From Candidatus Latescibacterota bacterium (GTDB lineage Bacteria; Latescibacterota; UBA2968; UBA8231), in the NCBI GenBank assembly GCA_965208105.1, contig OZ242318.1:1696001-1760000 (forward strand): a stretch of 64,000 bases of DNA. The letters run 5' to 3'. Made by a program: the position numbers and the translations under genes. This document shows positions 35,543-45,613 of this stretch, one piece after another; within the stretch, counting starts at the first letter, position 1; every line of letters starts with the position of its first letter. Under the pieces are notes generated by a model that had not been told where the DNA came from, did not search any database, and saw only the letters and a program-made list of their open reading frames with translations.

Positions 35543-37024
35543 ATGGCTCGCAAGCTCTTGACCGACGAAGAGATGCAGAGATTCATCAACGACGGGTTCC
35601 TCATGCTCAAGCCCGATCTTCCCACCGAGTTCCACCATCGAGCCTTCTCCGAAATCGATTCCGTCTACGAGAACGAGGGCAATCCCGGCAACAACCTCCT
35701 GCCGCGGGTCCCCCTGCTCCAGCAGGTATTCGACGACCCGCGCATCAGCGGCGCCCTGGAGAGTGTCCTGGGCGCCGACTACTTCCTCTATCCCCACCGC
35801 CACTGCCACTTCCGCCAACCAGGTTTCGTGCCCCGCAAGGGCATCAACACCGATCCACGCAAAGGCCGCTTCGGAGGAACGCTGCACAAGGACGACATGA
35901 GCCGCCGGCGCCGGCATCGCACCCGCTGGGTCATGTGCCTCTACTACCCCCAGGATACCACCGCGGACATGGGCGCCACGACCATCCTTCCTGGCAGCCA
36001 CTACTACACCTCCCTGGCCGGGGTCGATCTCGAAGGCGAGTTTCCCATCTGCGTCGACGCCGGGACCATCGTCCTGACCAACTACGACATGTGGCACGCG
36101 GCCACCCCCAACACCAGCAGTCGCAAGAGGGCGATGGTGGCGTTCCTCTTCGCGCGCATGAGCGAACCGCGGGGTCCGACCTGGGACTGCGCCAACCGGG
36201 AATGGAATCCCGGCCCCGACGCCGCCCATCCCGAGCTGAAGAAGCACCTGTGGGACTGGCACTGCGGCAGGAGCTCAGGGGGCTTTGCCGGGGGAGAAAA
36301 TCTGCCCCGGGGATCGATCGACGAGCTCGTCGCGGCCGCGGCCTTCAACTCCGCCCTCGGCGAGACCAACCGGGCGATGTGGGCCCCTGTGGAAGAAACC
36401 CGGCAGGAGGGCGCCTCGGAGCCTCTCTGGCTGGACACTGTCTACGCCCTCGCCGCAATCGGGGAAGCGGCCGTTCCCGCCCTGATCGACGCCCTCGCCA
36501 ATCCCTCGGAGGGCATTCGCAGGGGATTCACCTACGCCCTCAGCGCCATCGGAGGACCGGCCGTTCCCGCCCTCGCCAGGGCACTGGAACACGGCGATCC
36601 GGGGGTACGGGCGGGTGCGGCCGAGGCCCTGTCGGACATGGGCAAGGAGGCTGCCAACGCCCTGCCGCAGCTGACCGGCCGCCTGCAAGACCCCGTTGAC
36701 GAGGTTGCCGGATGCGCTGCCGACGCCCTCGGCCTCGTCGATCCCGGGGCGGAGGGCATTCCCCGGGCCCTGGCAGGGACCCTCGGGCACTCCGCCGAGA
36801 CGGTGCGCATGAGGGCGGCCATGGCGCTCGCCCGGCTGGGTCGGCGGGCAGAGGAAGCGACCCCGGAGCTGGCGGCGGCACTGGGTGACGACAACCGCTA
36901 CGTTCGCGGCAAGGCGGTGCATGCCTTGTTCAAGATAGGCACGGATGAGGCACGGGATGCCCTCTTCCGGCACCTGTTCACCCATCGCTGGGACAACCTG
37001 ACCTACGGACTCCACACCCACTGA
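35543..37024 (+). CDS. PhyH family dioxygenase fused to HEAT/PBS-lyase repeats
   Basis: FINDGFLML, LHKD, YYPQDT, PGSH, DMWH; C-terminal AVPALIDAL/VRAGAAEAL repeats. Confidence 0.85.
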   Translation: MARKLLTDEEMQRFINDGFLMLKPDLPTEFHHRAFSEIDSVYENEGNPGNNLLPRVPLLQQVFDDPRISGALESVLGADYFLYPHRHCHFRQPGFVPRKGINTDPRKGRFGGTLHKDDMSRRRRHRTRWVMCLYYPQDTTADMGATTILPGSHYYTSLAGVDLEGEFPICVDAGTIVLTNYDMWHAATPNTSSRKRAMVAFLFARMSEPRGPTWDCANREWNPGPDAAHPELKKHLWDWHCGRSSGGFAGGENLPRGSIDELVAAAAFNSALGETNRAMWAPVEETRQEGASEPLWLDTVYALAAIGEAAVPALIDALANPSEGIRRGFTYALSAIGGPAVPALARALEHGDPGVRAGAAEALSDMGKEAANALPQLTGRLQDPVDEVAGCAADALGLVDPGAEGIPRALAGTLGHSAETVRMRAAMALARLGRRAEEATPELAAALGDDNRYVRGKAVHALFKIGTDEARDALFRHLFTHRWDNLTYGLHTH

Positions 37025-37097
37025 CCGGCACGCGGCCGCCGCTCCCCCCGGGGGAGACGACCCGCCCGGGAGCTCGCACCCAGCCCCGGCGCAGCAG

Positions 37098-39038
37098 GTG
37101 GACCGGTGGGGGATCACCCCCCGCTGCATCATCATCGGGTCGCTCTCGGCGCTGACCATCGCCCTCATCCTCCCCTATACCCTGAACGTGATGCGCGGTT
37201 CGCGCATCGGCCTCAGCTCCTGTACGCCGGCCGCCTTCATCCTCTTCTTCGTCCTCCTCCTGACCGTGCAGGTGGTCCTCGCCATGATCAGGCGCGGGTG
37301 GCACCTGCGCCCCGGCGAGCTGGCGGTCATTTTCGCGATGATGGCGATGGCCACCGCCGTACCCACGCGCGGGGTGTCGCAGAAGCTCGTGGTGGGTATC
37401 ACCGGTGTCGTCTTCTACGCCTCTCCGGAGAACAGGTGGGGCGAGCTCATCCACCCCTTGCTGGCGGAGTGGCTCGTGCTCGGGGACGGCGAGGCGGTGC
37501 GCGGCCTCTACTACGGGGACGGCACGGACCGCATCCCCTGGCACCTGTGGACTCCGGTGCTGCTGCGCTGGCTACTCTTCTTCGCCTCCTACCAGCTCAT
37601 GCTGCTGAGCGCCCTGGTGATTCTGCGGCGCCAGTGGGTGGAGCACGAGCGCCTGGCGTTCCCCCTTGCCCAGGTGCCTCTGGCCATGCTCCAGGACAAC
37701 GGCAGACGGGACGCGATCATAAAGCCGTTTTTCCGCAATCCCGTCATGTGGGCAGGTTTCACCTTCTGCTTCCTGATCAACAGCACCAACATCCTGCACA
37801 ACTACTTCCCCTTCATTCCCGCCATGATGGGGCAGGTCCAGCACATGATATTCCGGGACCAGATCGAGATCATGTTCCGCATCAACTTCCTCATGCTGGG
37901 GTTCGCCTACTTCATCAATACCGGGGTGGCCTTCAGCATGTGGTTCTTCTACCTGCTCCGGGTTCTCCAGGGCGGCGTCTTCGCGCTTCTGGGCATCGAC
38001 CTCGATCAGACCCTGGGACCGGGTGATGCAACCAGGGCGGTGGGAGGACCCATCTTCGGCCACCAGATGATGGGAGCCCTGCTCGTCCTCGTAGTCTTCG
38101 GGCTGTGGACGGCGAGGACACACCTCAGGGAAGTCGTGCGCAAGGCCTGGAACGGCGACCCGACGGTGGACGACTCGCGCGAGGCCATGTCCTACCGGGC
38201 CGCGGTGCTCTGCTTTCTGGGGGGCGCCAGCTTCGTCTCTCTCTGGCTGTGGCTTACGGGCATCCCGGCCTGGATCGTGCCCATCTTCATCCTCGCCACC
38301 CTGATGATCATGATCGGACTGGCCCGCGTGGTGGCCGAGACCGGGGTGCCCACCATCACCCCCGCCATGGCCCCGGCCAACTTCGTGACCTCCGCCGTCG
38401 GCACCACGTCCCTGGGCATGACCGGCGTGGTGGCCGCCGGCTTCACATTGATCTGGGCGAGCGGGTTCATGGTCTTCATCACCGCACCGATGGCAAACGC
38501 CCTGCGCATGGGCTCGGAGATCACCCGCCACCGCAGGTGGTTCGTCTTCGCCATCGGCGCCGCCCTGCTGATCGCCATGGTGGCCGCCACCTGGTACCAG
38601 ATCCACCTGGCCTACCAGCACGGAGGCCTGAACCTGAACACCCGCTACTACCAGGTCTATGCCACAACCGCCCCCCGGTTCTCCGAGCTCATGCTCAACA
38701 TCACCACAGGACCGCACCCGGGCGCATGGATATGGTCCGGGGTCGGCGCAGCGGTCATGACCGGCCTGATGGTCGCCCGCCACAGCTTCGCCTGGTGGCC
38801 ATTTCACCCGGTGGGCTACGCAATCAGTTCCTCGTGGGTGCTGAACGCCACCTGGATGTCCATCATGTGCGCCTGGGCGATCAAGCTGGTGGTGCTCAAC
38901 TACGGCGGGCCGAGGCTGTACGAGCGCACCAAGCCTTTCTTCATGGGCGTCATCCTGGGCCAGTTCATGGCCGCCGGTTTCTGGCTCCTGGTGGACTCGT
39001 TCACGGGGGTGAAGCACAATCACATCCGGGTGTATTGA
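37098..39038 (+). CDS. DUF6785/DUF6784-type polytopic membrane protein (putative OPT-like permease)
   Basis: Many TM helices; LRRQWVEHERLAFPLAQVP, RVVAETG, WWPFHPVGY, YGG..LY...KPFF.G motifs. Confidence 0.75.
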   Translation: MDRWGITPRCIIIGSLSALTIALILPYTLNVMRGSRIGLSSCTPAAFILFFVLLLTVQVVLAMIRRGWHLRPGELAVIFAMMAMATAVPTRGVSQKLVVGITGVVFYASPENRWGELIHPLLAEWLVLGDGEAVRGLYYGDGTDRIPWHLWTPVLLRWLLFFASYQLMLLSALVILRRQWVEHERLAFPLAQVPLAMLQDNGRRDAIIKPFFRNPVMWAGFTFCFLINSTNILHNYFPFIPAMMGQVQHMIFRDQIEIMFRINFLMLGFAYFINTGVAFSMWFFYLLRVLQGGVFALLGIDLDQTLGPGDATRAVGGPIFGHQMMGALLVLVVFGLWTARTHLREVVRKAWNGDPTVDDSREAMSYRAAVLCFLGGASFVSLWLWLTGIPAWIVPIFILATLMIMIGLARVVAETGVPTITPAMAPANFVTSAVGTTSLGMTGVVAAGFTLIWASGFMVFITAPMANALRMGSEITRHRRWFVFAIGAALLIAMVAATWYQIHLAYQHGGLNLNTRYYQVYATTAPRFSELMLNITTGPHPGAWIWSGVGAAVMTGLMVARHSFAWWPFHPVGYAISSSWVLNATWMSIMCAWAIKLVVLNYGGPRLYERTKPFFMGVILGQFMAAGFWLLVDSFTGVKHNHIRVY

Positions 39039-39118
39039 CCCGGTACAGCACGGCAGCCGGCTTCCGCCCGGACCCGCCGGGCATTTCCGGCCGCAACCTG
39101 CCAAAGGAGGAATGAGCG

Positions 39119-40021
39119 ATGAAACAGGAGGACTACGATTTCTTCAAGGAGAACGGCTACCTTTCCCTGGGGAAGATCCTCGGCGACGACGAGGTAACCC
39201 GCTTTGCCGGCCTGTTCGACCGCAACCGGCGCGACTACAGCCGCTTCTGGAGAGACAACGGCATCTGGCAGACCCAGCACTGCGATTCCCTGCTGACCGC
39301 GCCCGAGTTCGATGGACTCATCCGCCACCCCAGGGCCATGGAGGCTCTCGGAGCCCTCATGGGAGGCCCGGTGTGCTTCTCGGAGATCTGCCTGCGGCAC
39401 ATGGAACCGTATGCCGGCGAGCCGCTCGACAGCATGAGGACCTGGGACGGGCAGGTGGGCCGCCGCTGGCACCGTGACGGCGGGCAGGACCTCATGTGGC
39501 CGGAGCATCCCCTGCGCCTCGGATACGTCCAATTAATGGTCTACCTGGCCGACGTGGACGAGACCACCCACAGCTTCGCCATTTCGCCACAAGCGTTCGA
39601 CCAGGAGATCCTCGACGCGGAGGCCCAGCTCGAGCGCGGGGGATCCCGCGAACTGCACGGCCGCGCCGGCACCGCCATTCTGTTCAACGTCTCCCGGCTC
39701 CACACCGTAACCGTGCGTCCGACCCGGGCGCAGCGCAAATCCGTCCAGGTCTACTACGGCCATCGCCGGCGCGAATTCCTCAGCCACCAGTCCTTCGTAC
39801 CCGCCGGCCTGTGGCGCGACCACTCAGACCCCGAGGTGCGTGAATTCTACGGAGTGCTCAACGGCCTGACCCGGGAATATTTCGAACGCACCAGCGGACG
39901 CGGCGAGGTGCCGGTGGAGGAGACCCTGGAGATCCTGGATGACATTCGCAAGAATGTGGAGCTGCCCAGGAAGTACGGCCCGCGCTGGCGCTACACGGTG
40001 CGCGGGACGAGGAAGAAATGA
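39119..40021 (+). CDS. PhyH family dioxygenase
   Basis: FFKENGYL, WHRD, VYLADVD, GTAILFN..RLH. Confidence 0.85.
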   Translation: MKQEDYDFFKENGYLSLGKILGDDEVTRFAGLFDRNRRDYSRFWRDNGIWQTQHCDSLLTAPEFDGLIRHPRAMEALGALMGGPVCFSEICLRHMEPYAGEPLDSMRTWDGQVGRRWHRDGGQDLMWPEHPLRLGYVQLMVYLADVDETTHSFAISPQAFDQEILDAEAQLERGGSRELHGRAGTAILFNVSRLHTVTVRPTRAQRKSVQVYYGHRRREFLSHQSFVPAGLWRDHSDPEVREFYGVLNGLTREYFERTSGRGEVPVEETLEILDDIRKNVELPRKYGPRWRYTVRGTRKK

Positions 40022-40163
40022 AAGAATTGTCGGTTGGGAACGAATATTGCTGAAGAGGAAACCGGCGCCCTATTTGAACCCAAGGCCGGCCCCTGCCAAA
40101 ACGTGATATCGGGACAACCTCCTCCTTGTGGTCGCGAGTGTGCTTGAAAATGCCTATATGTGC

Positions 40164-40198
40164 CGGAGGTTGACCTCCGATTATGCCGCCCTTATTCT
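40164..40198 (+). promoter_or_regulatory. Methyltransferase promoter with inverted repeat over the -35 box
   Basis: TTGACC-N17-TATTCT; CGGAGGT-tg-ACCTCCG at 40164-40179. Confidence 0.5.
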
Positions 40199-40217
40199 CC
40201 TACCCACAAGGAGCTGA

Positions 40218-41567
40218 ATGGATTTGAATACCGCACCCATGCCGAGCGAGGTTATCTCCAATCCTACCAATGCTATAGACAACCGGAACAAGTTGCGGCC
40301 GGCAGATAGAGCAATCCATGACTGGTACCGTTTTGTTCTGTCCTTTCCACCCCACCTGGTCCAGGACTATGTGGACAGGTTCGGCCTCGGCCCTTCCGAC
40401 ACGGTTCTCGATCCTTTCTGCGGGACCGGTACGACATTGGTTGAATGCAAGAAACAGGGAATCGGCAGCATAGGCATCGAGTCAACCCCAATGGCCCATT
40501 TCGCAAGCTCGGTAAAGGTCGATTGGTCGATCGACTGCGCCAGGCTTCTGGAATATGCCGACCAGGTCGCTTCGGCGGCCAGAAGGATTCTGGATCAACA
40601 AGGCATCAATGAATGGGACGATGCTCCCCTATTTGCCACGATGAAGCGCCGGCGGTCTGCGCTTCGAGGACTTTCTCCCGAAAGATCGAAGCTGTTGCTG
40701 AAAAATTCGATCAGCCCGCTGCCCCTGCACAAGACGCTGGTACTCCTTGACCTTATCGATCTGCACGGTAATGGTCGACTCCAACAATATGGACGGCTGG
40801 CACTTGCAAACGCGCTCGTGAATCGTATCGGCAACCTGAAATTCGGACCGGAAGTGGGAGTCGGCCGGATCAAGAAAGACGTTGCGGTTTTGCGAGCCTG
40901 GCTCGACTGCATACGCATCATCGCCCATGACCTGGGTTTCACCAAAGAGACCGGAGACGTGCCCACCCAAGTCTTCAAGGCCGATTCCCGGGTAGCCGAC
41001 CGGATTCTGAAACCACAGTCCATCGATGCTGTTATTACCTCTCCACCGTACCCGAACGAGAAGGATTATACCCGTACCACACGCCTTGAGTCGGTCATAC
41101 TCGGACTCATACGCGACAAAAAGGAATTACGATCCCTGAAACAGAACCTTGTCAGGTCGAATACCAGGGGAGTATACAAATCCGACACGGACGATCGCGA
41201 GATTGCGAACAACGTCGAGATACGCAGTCTAGCGGACGCCATCGAGAGACGCCGCATCGAGTTGGGCAAGACGTCGGGATTCGAGCGTCTATATCCCCGG
41301 GTAACCCAATTGTATTTCGGCGGAATGACACGGCATCTCGCCTCCCTTAGAACGGTCCTCAGACCGGGGGCGAGGCTCGCATACGTGGTGGGTGACCAAG
41401 CGTCCTATTTGAGAGTCATGATCCGCACTGGTCAGTTGCTTGCCGACCTGGCCCAATCCCTGAACTACAAAGTCACCGGCATCGACCTGTTTCGGACCAG
41501 GTCGTCGACGGTTACCGGCGATCAGCTTCGCGAAGAGGTCGTCCTCTTGGAATGGCCGGGCAACTGA
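40218..41567 (+). CDS. Amino-group DNA methyltransferase (likely N4-cytosine, alpha motif order)
   Basis: Motif I DPFCGTGTT precedes motif IV TSPPY; WYRF N-terminal motif. Confidence 0.9.
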   Translation: MDLNTAPMPSEVISNPTNAIDNRNKLRPADRAIHDWYRFVLSFPPHLVQDYVDRFGLGPSDTVLDPFCGTGTTLVECKKQGIGSIGIESTPMAHFASSVKVDWSIDCARLLEYADQVASAARRILDQQGINEWDDAPLFATMKRRRSALRGLSPERSKLLLKNSISPLPLHKTLVLLDLIDLHGNGRLQQYGRLALANALVNRIGNLKFGPEVGVGRIKKDVAVLRAWLDCIRIIAHDLGFTKETGDVPTQVFKADSRVADRILKPQSIDAVITSPPYPNEKDYTRTTRLESVILGLIRDKKELRSLKQNLVRSNTRGVYKSDTDDREIANNVEIRSLADAIERRRIELGKTSGFERLYPRVTQLYFGGMTRHLASLRTVLRPGARLAYVVGDQASYLRVMIRTGQLLADLAQSLNYKVTGIDLFRTRSSTVTGDQLREEVVLLEWPGN

Positions 41568-41583
41568 TCCAGAGGGGGCAACT

Positions 41584-42387
41584 ATTCCTGCAAAAAACCG
41601 CTATGTAGCTATAGTCGAGGCGATTTTCCACGCCAAGTATGAGAGCGGACAAAGGGAGGTGAAATTCGAACGAGATGAGATCTCCGCGTTCGCTTCCAAG
41701 CTGAATATCTCCTTGCCCAAGAATCTGGGCGATCTGATTTACACCTTCCGGTACAGAACGGATCTCCCGGCAAGCATTCTGGAAAGAGCACCGGCCGGAG
41801 AAACCTGGATCATCCGCTCGGCGGGGAGGAGCAAATACTGCTTTGCACTGGTCAGCGACCAACCTCTTGCTCCCAACCCCAACCTCGCCTCTACCAAGAT
41901 ACCCGACTCGACTCCCGGAATAATCGCCAAGTACGCATTCAACGACGAACAGGCCGTGTTGGCCCGGGTTCGCTACAATCGGCTGATCGATATTTTTCTC
42001 GGAATCACCTGTTACTCACTCCAGAACCATTTGCGGACAACCGTCCGCGGTATGGGACAGGTAGAAACCGACGAGATCTACGTCGGGGTGGATAAAAGCG
42101 GATCTCACTATGTGGTGCCCGTTCAAGCCAAGGGTGGTAGCGATTTTCTCAACAGGGTACAAATCGAGCAAGACATCGCGCTTTGCGCCGATAAATTGCC
42201 TTCTCTGATCTGTCGGCCTGTCGGAACCCAATTCATGCAGGATGACGTGATCGCCCTCTTCGAGTTCGAGCAGGAAGGCGACGATATAAGAGTGGTATCT
42301 GAGAAGCACTACCAGTTAGTGCCGCCGGAGGCTGTGAGTCTTGAGGATTTGGCCAGATACAGACAGCGATTGTCCGATGGGACGTGA
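41584..42387 (+). CDS. Putative type II restriction endonuclease (PD-(D/E)XK fold)
   Basis: QVETDEIYVG...VPVQAKG nuclease-like motif directly behind the MTase; frame open upstream of GTG 41659, probable ATT start at 41584 after GAGGGG. Confidence 0.7.
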   Translation: MPAKNRYVAIVEAIFHAKYESGQREVKFERDEISAFASKLNISLPKNLGDLIYTFRYRTDLPASILERAPAGETWIIRSAGRSKYCFALVSDQPLAPNPNLASTKIPDSTPGIIAKYAFNDEQAVLARVRYNRLIDIFLGITCYSLQNHLRTTVRGMGQVETDEIYVGVDKSGSHYVVPVQAKGGSDFLNRVQIEQDIALCADKLPSLICRPVGTQFMQDDVIALFEFEQEGDDIRVVSEKHYQLVPPEAVSLEDLARYRQRLSDGT

Positions 42388-42607
42388 TCGAAGAGCCTAT
42401 AAGAGCATCCAACCAAGGCAACCTCTCAGTGCTTCCAACGTACGTCTTCGTACGTTCGCCCTTTGAGTTGCTTGAGAAATAGCCGCTCTCCACCCAGGCC
42501 TGGCCCATCTCATAAGCTACCAAGACATCCTAAACTCCAGAAACTTGTGTGATCGGATCTCCGCGGAACCAACATTAGCTTACGCGTTGGTTGGAAACCG
42601 AAATAGC

Positions 42608-42635
42608 TTGACATCTCTTCCCGCGGTGCTATATT
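42608..42635 (+). promoter_or_regulatory. sigma70-type promoter for the beta-barrel gene
   Basis: TTGACA-N16-TATATT with extended -10 TG. Confidence 0.55.
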
Positions 42636-42735
42636 GCGCCCAATCCGGTCAGGTGCGGCGACCTGATTGGGGCGGATTGTCCGGGATTTCACCTCGACAC
42701 GGTGAACTTTCTGGACAATTTTGAAGGAAGAATGG

Positions 42736-43506
42736 ATGGAGAATTCGAGAGTCAGCTATTCAACTGTTTTCCTTTCGATCTTTTGGTGCTGCATTCTTCC
42801 CTCCCTCCCCGTGCGGTCGCAGCCGTCCGAGGATGAAAGAGGGATATACATCGGCACCATGGTGGCTGTCCCTTTCGCCCAGCAGCTCTACCACCAGGCT
42901 TCATTTACCGTCGCCGATATTTCCATGACCGCAAACGGCGATCTCGCTCTGGGATACGGGATCGGCTTCGCCGCCGTCTCGGGGAAGGGGATCTCCGATC
43001 ACTTAGCCCTGGAACTCACCGGCGCCTGGGCGAGACAGCCCTCCGATCTCGCCGTCACCCTTCCCCGCCTTCTGATCCTGGGGCTCTCCAGAACCGGCCT
43101 CGAGCTTCCCTCTGGTTTCGACTACGGCGGGGAAGTAGAGGTGCTGCAGTCGAAGATCGATCTTCTGCTCTACCCGGTCAGGATGGCCTCGAGTCGCGAC
43201 GACGGGGCCAGACCATACCTCGGCGTGGGGATGGGCGTCGTGAGGTCGGACCTGAAAATGGATATGCAGGTGGACGATCCGACGCGGAATTTCATCTCGG
43301 CTCTTGGGGAGCTGGGTGCCGCTGATCTGGTCCCCATGAAGATTGACGAAATCGAAACGGACTACCAGTTGACCCTCCGCGCCGGCCTGAACTTTCCCAT
43401 CAGCAGCATGGACCTGGACCTGGGATGGCAGTTCTACAGAACCTACGTCAGGGGAAAAGACAACAACTCCCACGTTGCGGGAGGCATTCTGAAGTACGAT
43501 CTGTAG
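42736..43506 (+). CDS. Outer-membrane beta-barrel protein (OmpA/OmpW-like)
   Basis: Signal peptide, RPYLGVGMG, LRAGLNF, terminal strand GGILKYDL. Confidence 0.7.
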   Translation: MENSRVSYSTVFLSIFWCCILPSLPVRSQPSEDERGIYIGTMVAVPFAQQLYHQASFTVADISMTANGDLALGYGIGFAAVSGKGISDHLALELTGAWARQPSDLAVTLPRLLILGLSRTGLELPSGFDYGGEVEVLQSKIDLLLYPVRMASSRDDGARPYLGVGMGVVRSDLKMDMQVDDPTRNFISALGELGAADLVPMKIDEIETDYQLTLRAGLNFPISSMDLDLGWQFYRTYVRGKDNNSHVAGGILKYDL

Positions 43507-43667
43507 CCGACCGCGCCTTTCTCGGCCCTGGCTTCCCGGCCCCCCGACCCCGCTGCCGGCCACCTTTCACGCCAGGAAGGCAGGCTGGTGAGCCAAACGG
43601 TCCAGCCGGCTGATTCCCGATACACTTTCAGCTTCAGGAATAGCTCGCAGGGGAAAGGATACAGAAT

Positions 43668-44459
43668 ATGCAGGCTATCGATGTGCACGGACACTACGGC
43701 ATCCACAGCCCGGGTGGCAGAACCGGCCTGGAGACTGAAATGCGCAGTGCATCCATCGAGGAGGTCTGTCGTCGCGCCCGCGCGGTGGAAATCCGCCTGA
43801 CCGTCGTGTCGCCCCTGCAGTCCTTTCACCCCTACGGAGGCAAGGTGCTGGAGGCCAACGAAGACGCCCGCGAGAAGGCCGAGAGCTGGGACGAGGTTCG
43901 CTTCTGGGCGGTACTCGATCCGCGTTTGGAGCGCACTTACAAGCAGGTAGAGGAGTTGCTCGAGCACCCACGCTGCAAGGGAATCAAGATCCACCCGGTC
44001 AACCACAGGTACGAAATCCGCGACTACGGCGAGGCGATTTTCGCATTCGCCGCCGAGCACCGGACCGTGGTGCTGACCCACAGCGGCTGCCCGCTCAGCT
44101 TCCCCGAGGATTTCATTCCCTTTGCCGACAAGTACCGTCAGGCGGTGCTGATTCTCGCTCACCTCGGCAACAGCCCCGACGGCAATCTGGCGCGCCAGGT
44201 CCATGCGTTGCAGACAGCGGAGGGCGGCAATATCTACATCGATACTTCGTCGATAAAGTCGATGACGCCGCGGCTGGTGGAGTGGGCGGTGCAGGAAGTG
44301 GGAGCCGGGCGGCTTCTCTTCGGGACCGATACCCCGGTCTACTTTACCGCCTGCCAGAAGGCGCGCATCGAGTACGCCGAGATCGCGGAGGCGGAAAAGC
44401 GGGCCATCCTCTATGAAAACGCGGCGCGTTTGCTGGGCGAGGAGGAAGTCGCAGGATGA
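43668..44459 (+). CDS. Amidohydrolase family protein (Amidohydro_2)
   Basis: IDVHGH, GIKIHP, ILAHLG, LLFGTDTP, ILYENAARL. Confidence 0.9.
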   Translation: MQAIDVHGHYGIHSPGGRTGLETEMRSASIEEVCRRARAVEIRLTVVSPLQSFHPYGGKVLEANEDAREKAESWDEVRFWAVLDPRLERTYKQVEELLEHPRCKGIKIHPVNHRYEIRDYGEAIFAFAAEHRTVVLTHSGCPLSFPEDFIPFADKYRQAVLILAHLGNSPDGNLARQVHALQTAEGGNIYIDTSSIKSMTPRLVEWAVQEVGAGRLLFGTDTPVYFTACQKARIEYAEIAEAEKRAILYENAARLLGEEEVAG

Positions 44460-45439
44460 CCATCGCCATGACCGGCCGGCAGCAGGATGAGCTCAATGGG
44501 AGGGGGTTCACTATCCTGGAGGGAATCCTCGATCCAGCCGAGGTAGGCCGGGTAGCGACGGCCATGGACGATGTGGCCGACCGGATCCGCAAAGGCCGCG
44601 GTCTGGCCCCGGACTCGAGCATCAGCCTGCGCAACGCGATTGCCCGGCACGAGGCTCTATTGGACCTGGTCGACCATCCCCGCATTCTGTCCTTGGTTGT
44701 CGACGCCATGGGCTGGAATATCCAGAACCGGGACAGCGTCCTCGACTACAAGGCACCCCTTCCCGGGGGGGCCGACCCCGAACGGCTGTCGCTGGGCTGG
44801 CACTTCGACTACGAGGAGGAGTTCGCCGGCACCACCCTCGACGGCATCATGCCGCTGCTGGACTTCAAGGTCGGCTGGTACATATCGGACCATTCCGAGC
44901 CCGGCCACAGCACCATACTGCTGGTCCCCGGCAGCTTCAGGTGGAACAGGGAGCAGCGGGCCACCTGGGAGTCCTGGATCGACCCGGCCGACATCTTCGA
45001 GCTCCGCGTAGCGGCCGGCAGCGCCCTGCTGTGGCGGCCCACCCTGCTGCACGGGGTGACCCCGAACCGGTCGAAGAGTTTTCGCAAGGCCCTCTACGTC
45101 AGCTACTGTCCCCGCTGGATGCGTCCCAGCGGCTACGTCGATCAGGACCCGGAGCTGATCGCGCGCAGCTCGCCCATCCGCCGCCAGCTTCTCGGGGCAA
45201 TGGGCGACGGCTCGCACCGTCTCGGCAAAGATCCCGCCGATAATCCCTCTTCCCAGTACTGGTTCAGCGACGGCTGGGATTCGGTCCCCCTGAAGGCGTG
45301 GGCGGAGGAGCGCGCCGGACCCGGACCCCACGACTGGGGCCTCGGCCACGGGGCTACCTTCACCAAGGGTCCCGGGTTCGAGTTCACCCAGACAACAGTG
45401 CCGGGAGATACCTCGTCCGACGGCGGGGAAGACAGGTGA
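44456..45439 (+). CDS. PhyH family dioxygenase
   Basis: RGFTILEGIL, WHFD, LVPGS, LLHG, Y.PRWMR. Confidence 0.85.
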   Translation: MTIAMTGRQQDELNGRGFTILEGILDPAEVGRVATAMDDVADRIRKGRGLAPDSSISLRNAIARHEALLDLVDHPRILSLVVDAMGWNIQNRDSVLDYKAPLPGGADPERLSLGWHFDYEEEFAGTTLDGIMPLLDFKVGWYISDHSEPGHSTILLVPGSFRWNREQRATWESWIDPADIFELRVAAGSALLWRPTLLHGVTPNRSKSFRKALYVSYCPRWMRPSGYVDQDPELIARSSPIRRQLLGAMGDGSHRLGKDPADNPSSQYWFSDGWDSVPLKAWAEERAGPGPHDWGLGHGATFTKGPGFEFTQTTVPGDTSSDGGEDR

Positions 45440-45613
45440 GAGGCACCTGAATTATTAATGGCCCATGCGGGGTGGATAGGAGAGGTAGGGTTGCCGGTTT
45501 TTGTCACTTGCCACCAAGTCTGGCGCCGGGCGGACACTGGTTTCACGGCTGGATAGTTCAGGGCAGATGGAAAACTCCCGGTCCATTGCCGGGCACCCCA
45601 TCGAGAGGGTTCC

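Noticed and set aside
42390-42560. Possible gene remnant on the minus strand (…VAYEMGQAWVESGYF…)
   Set aside because: Short, overlaps the nuclease 3' end, and has no recognisable family; cannot be supported
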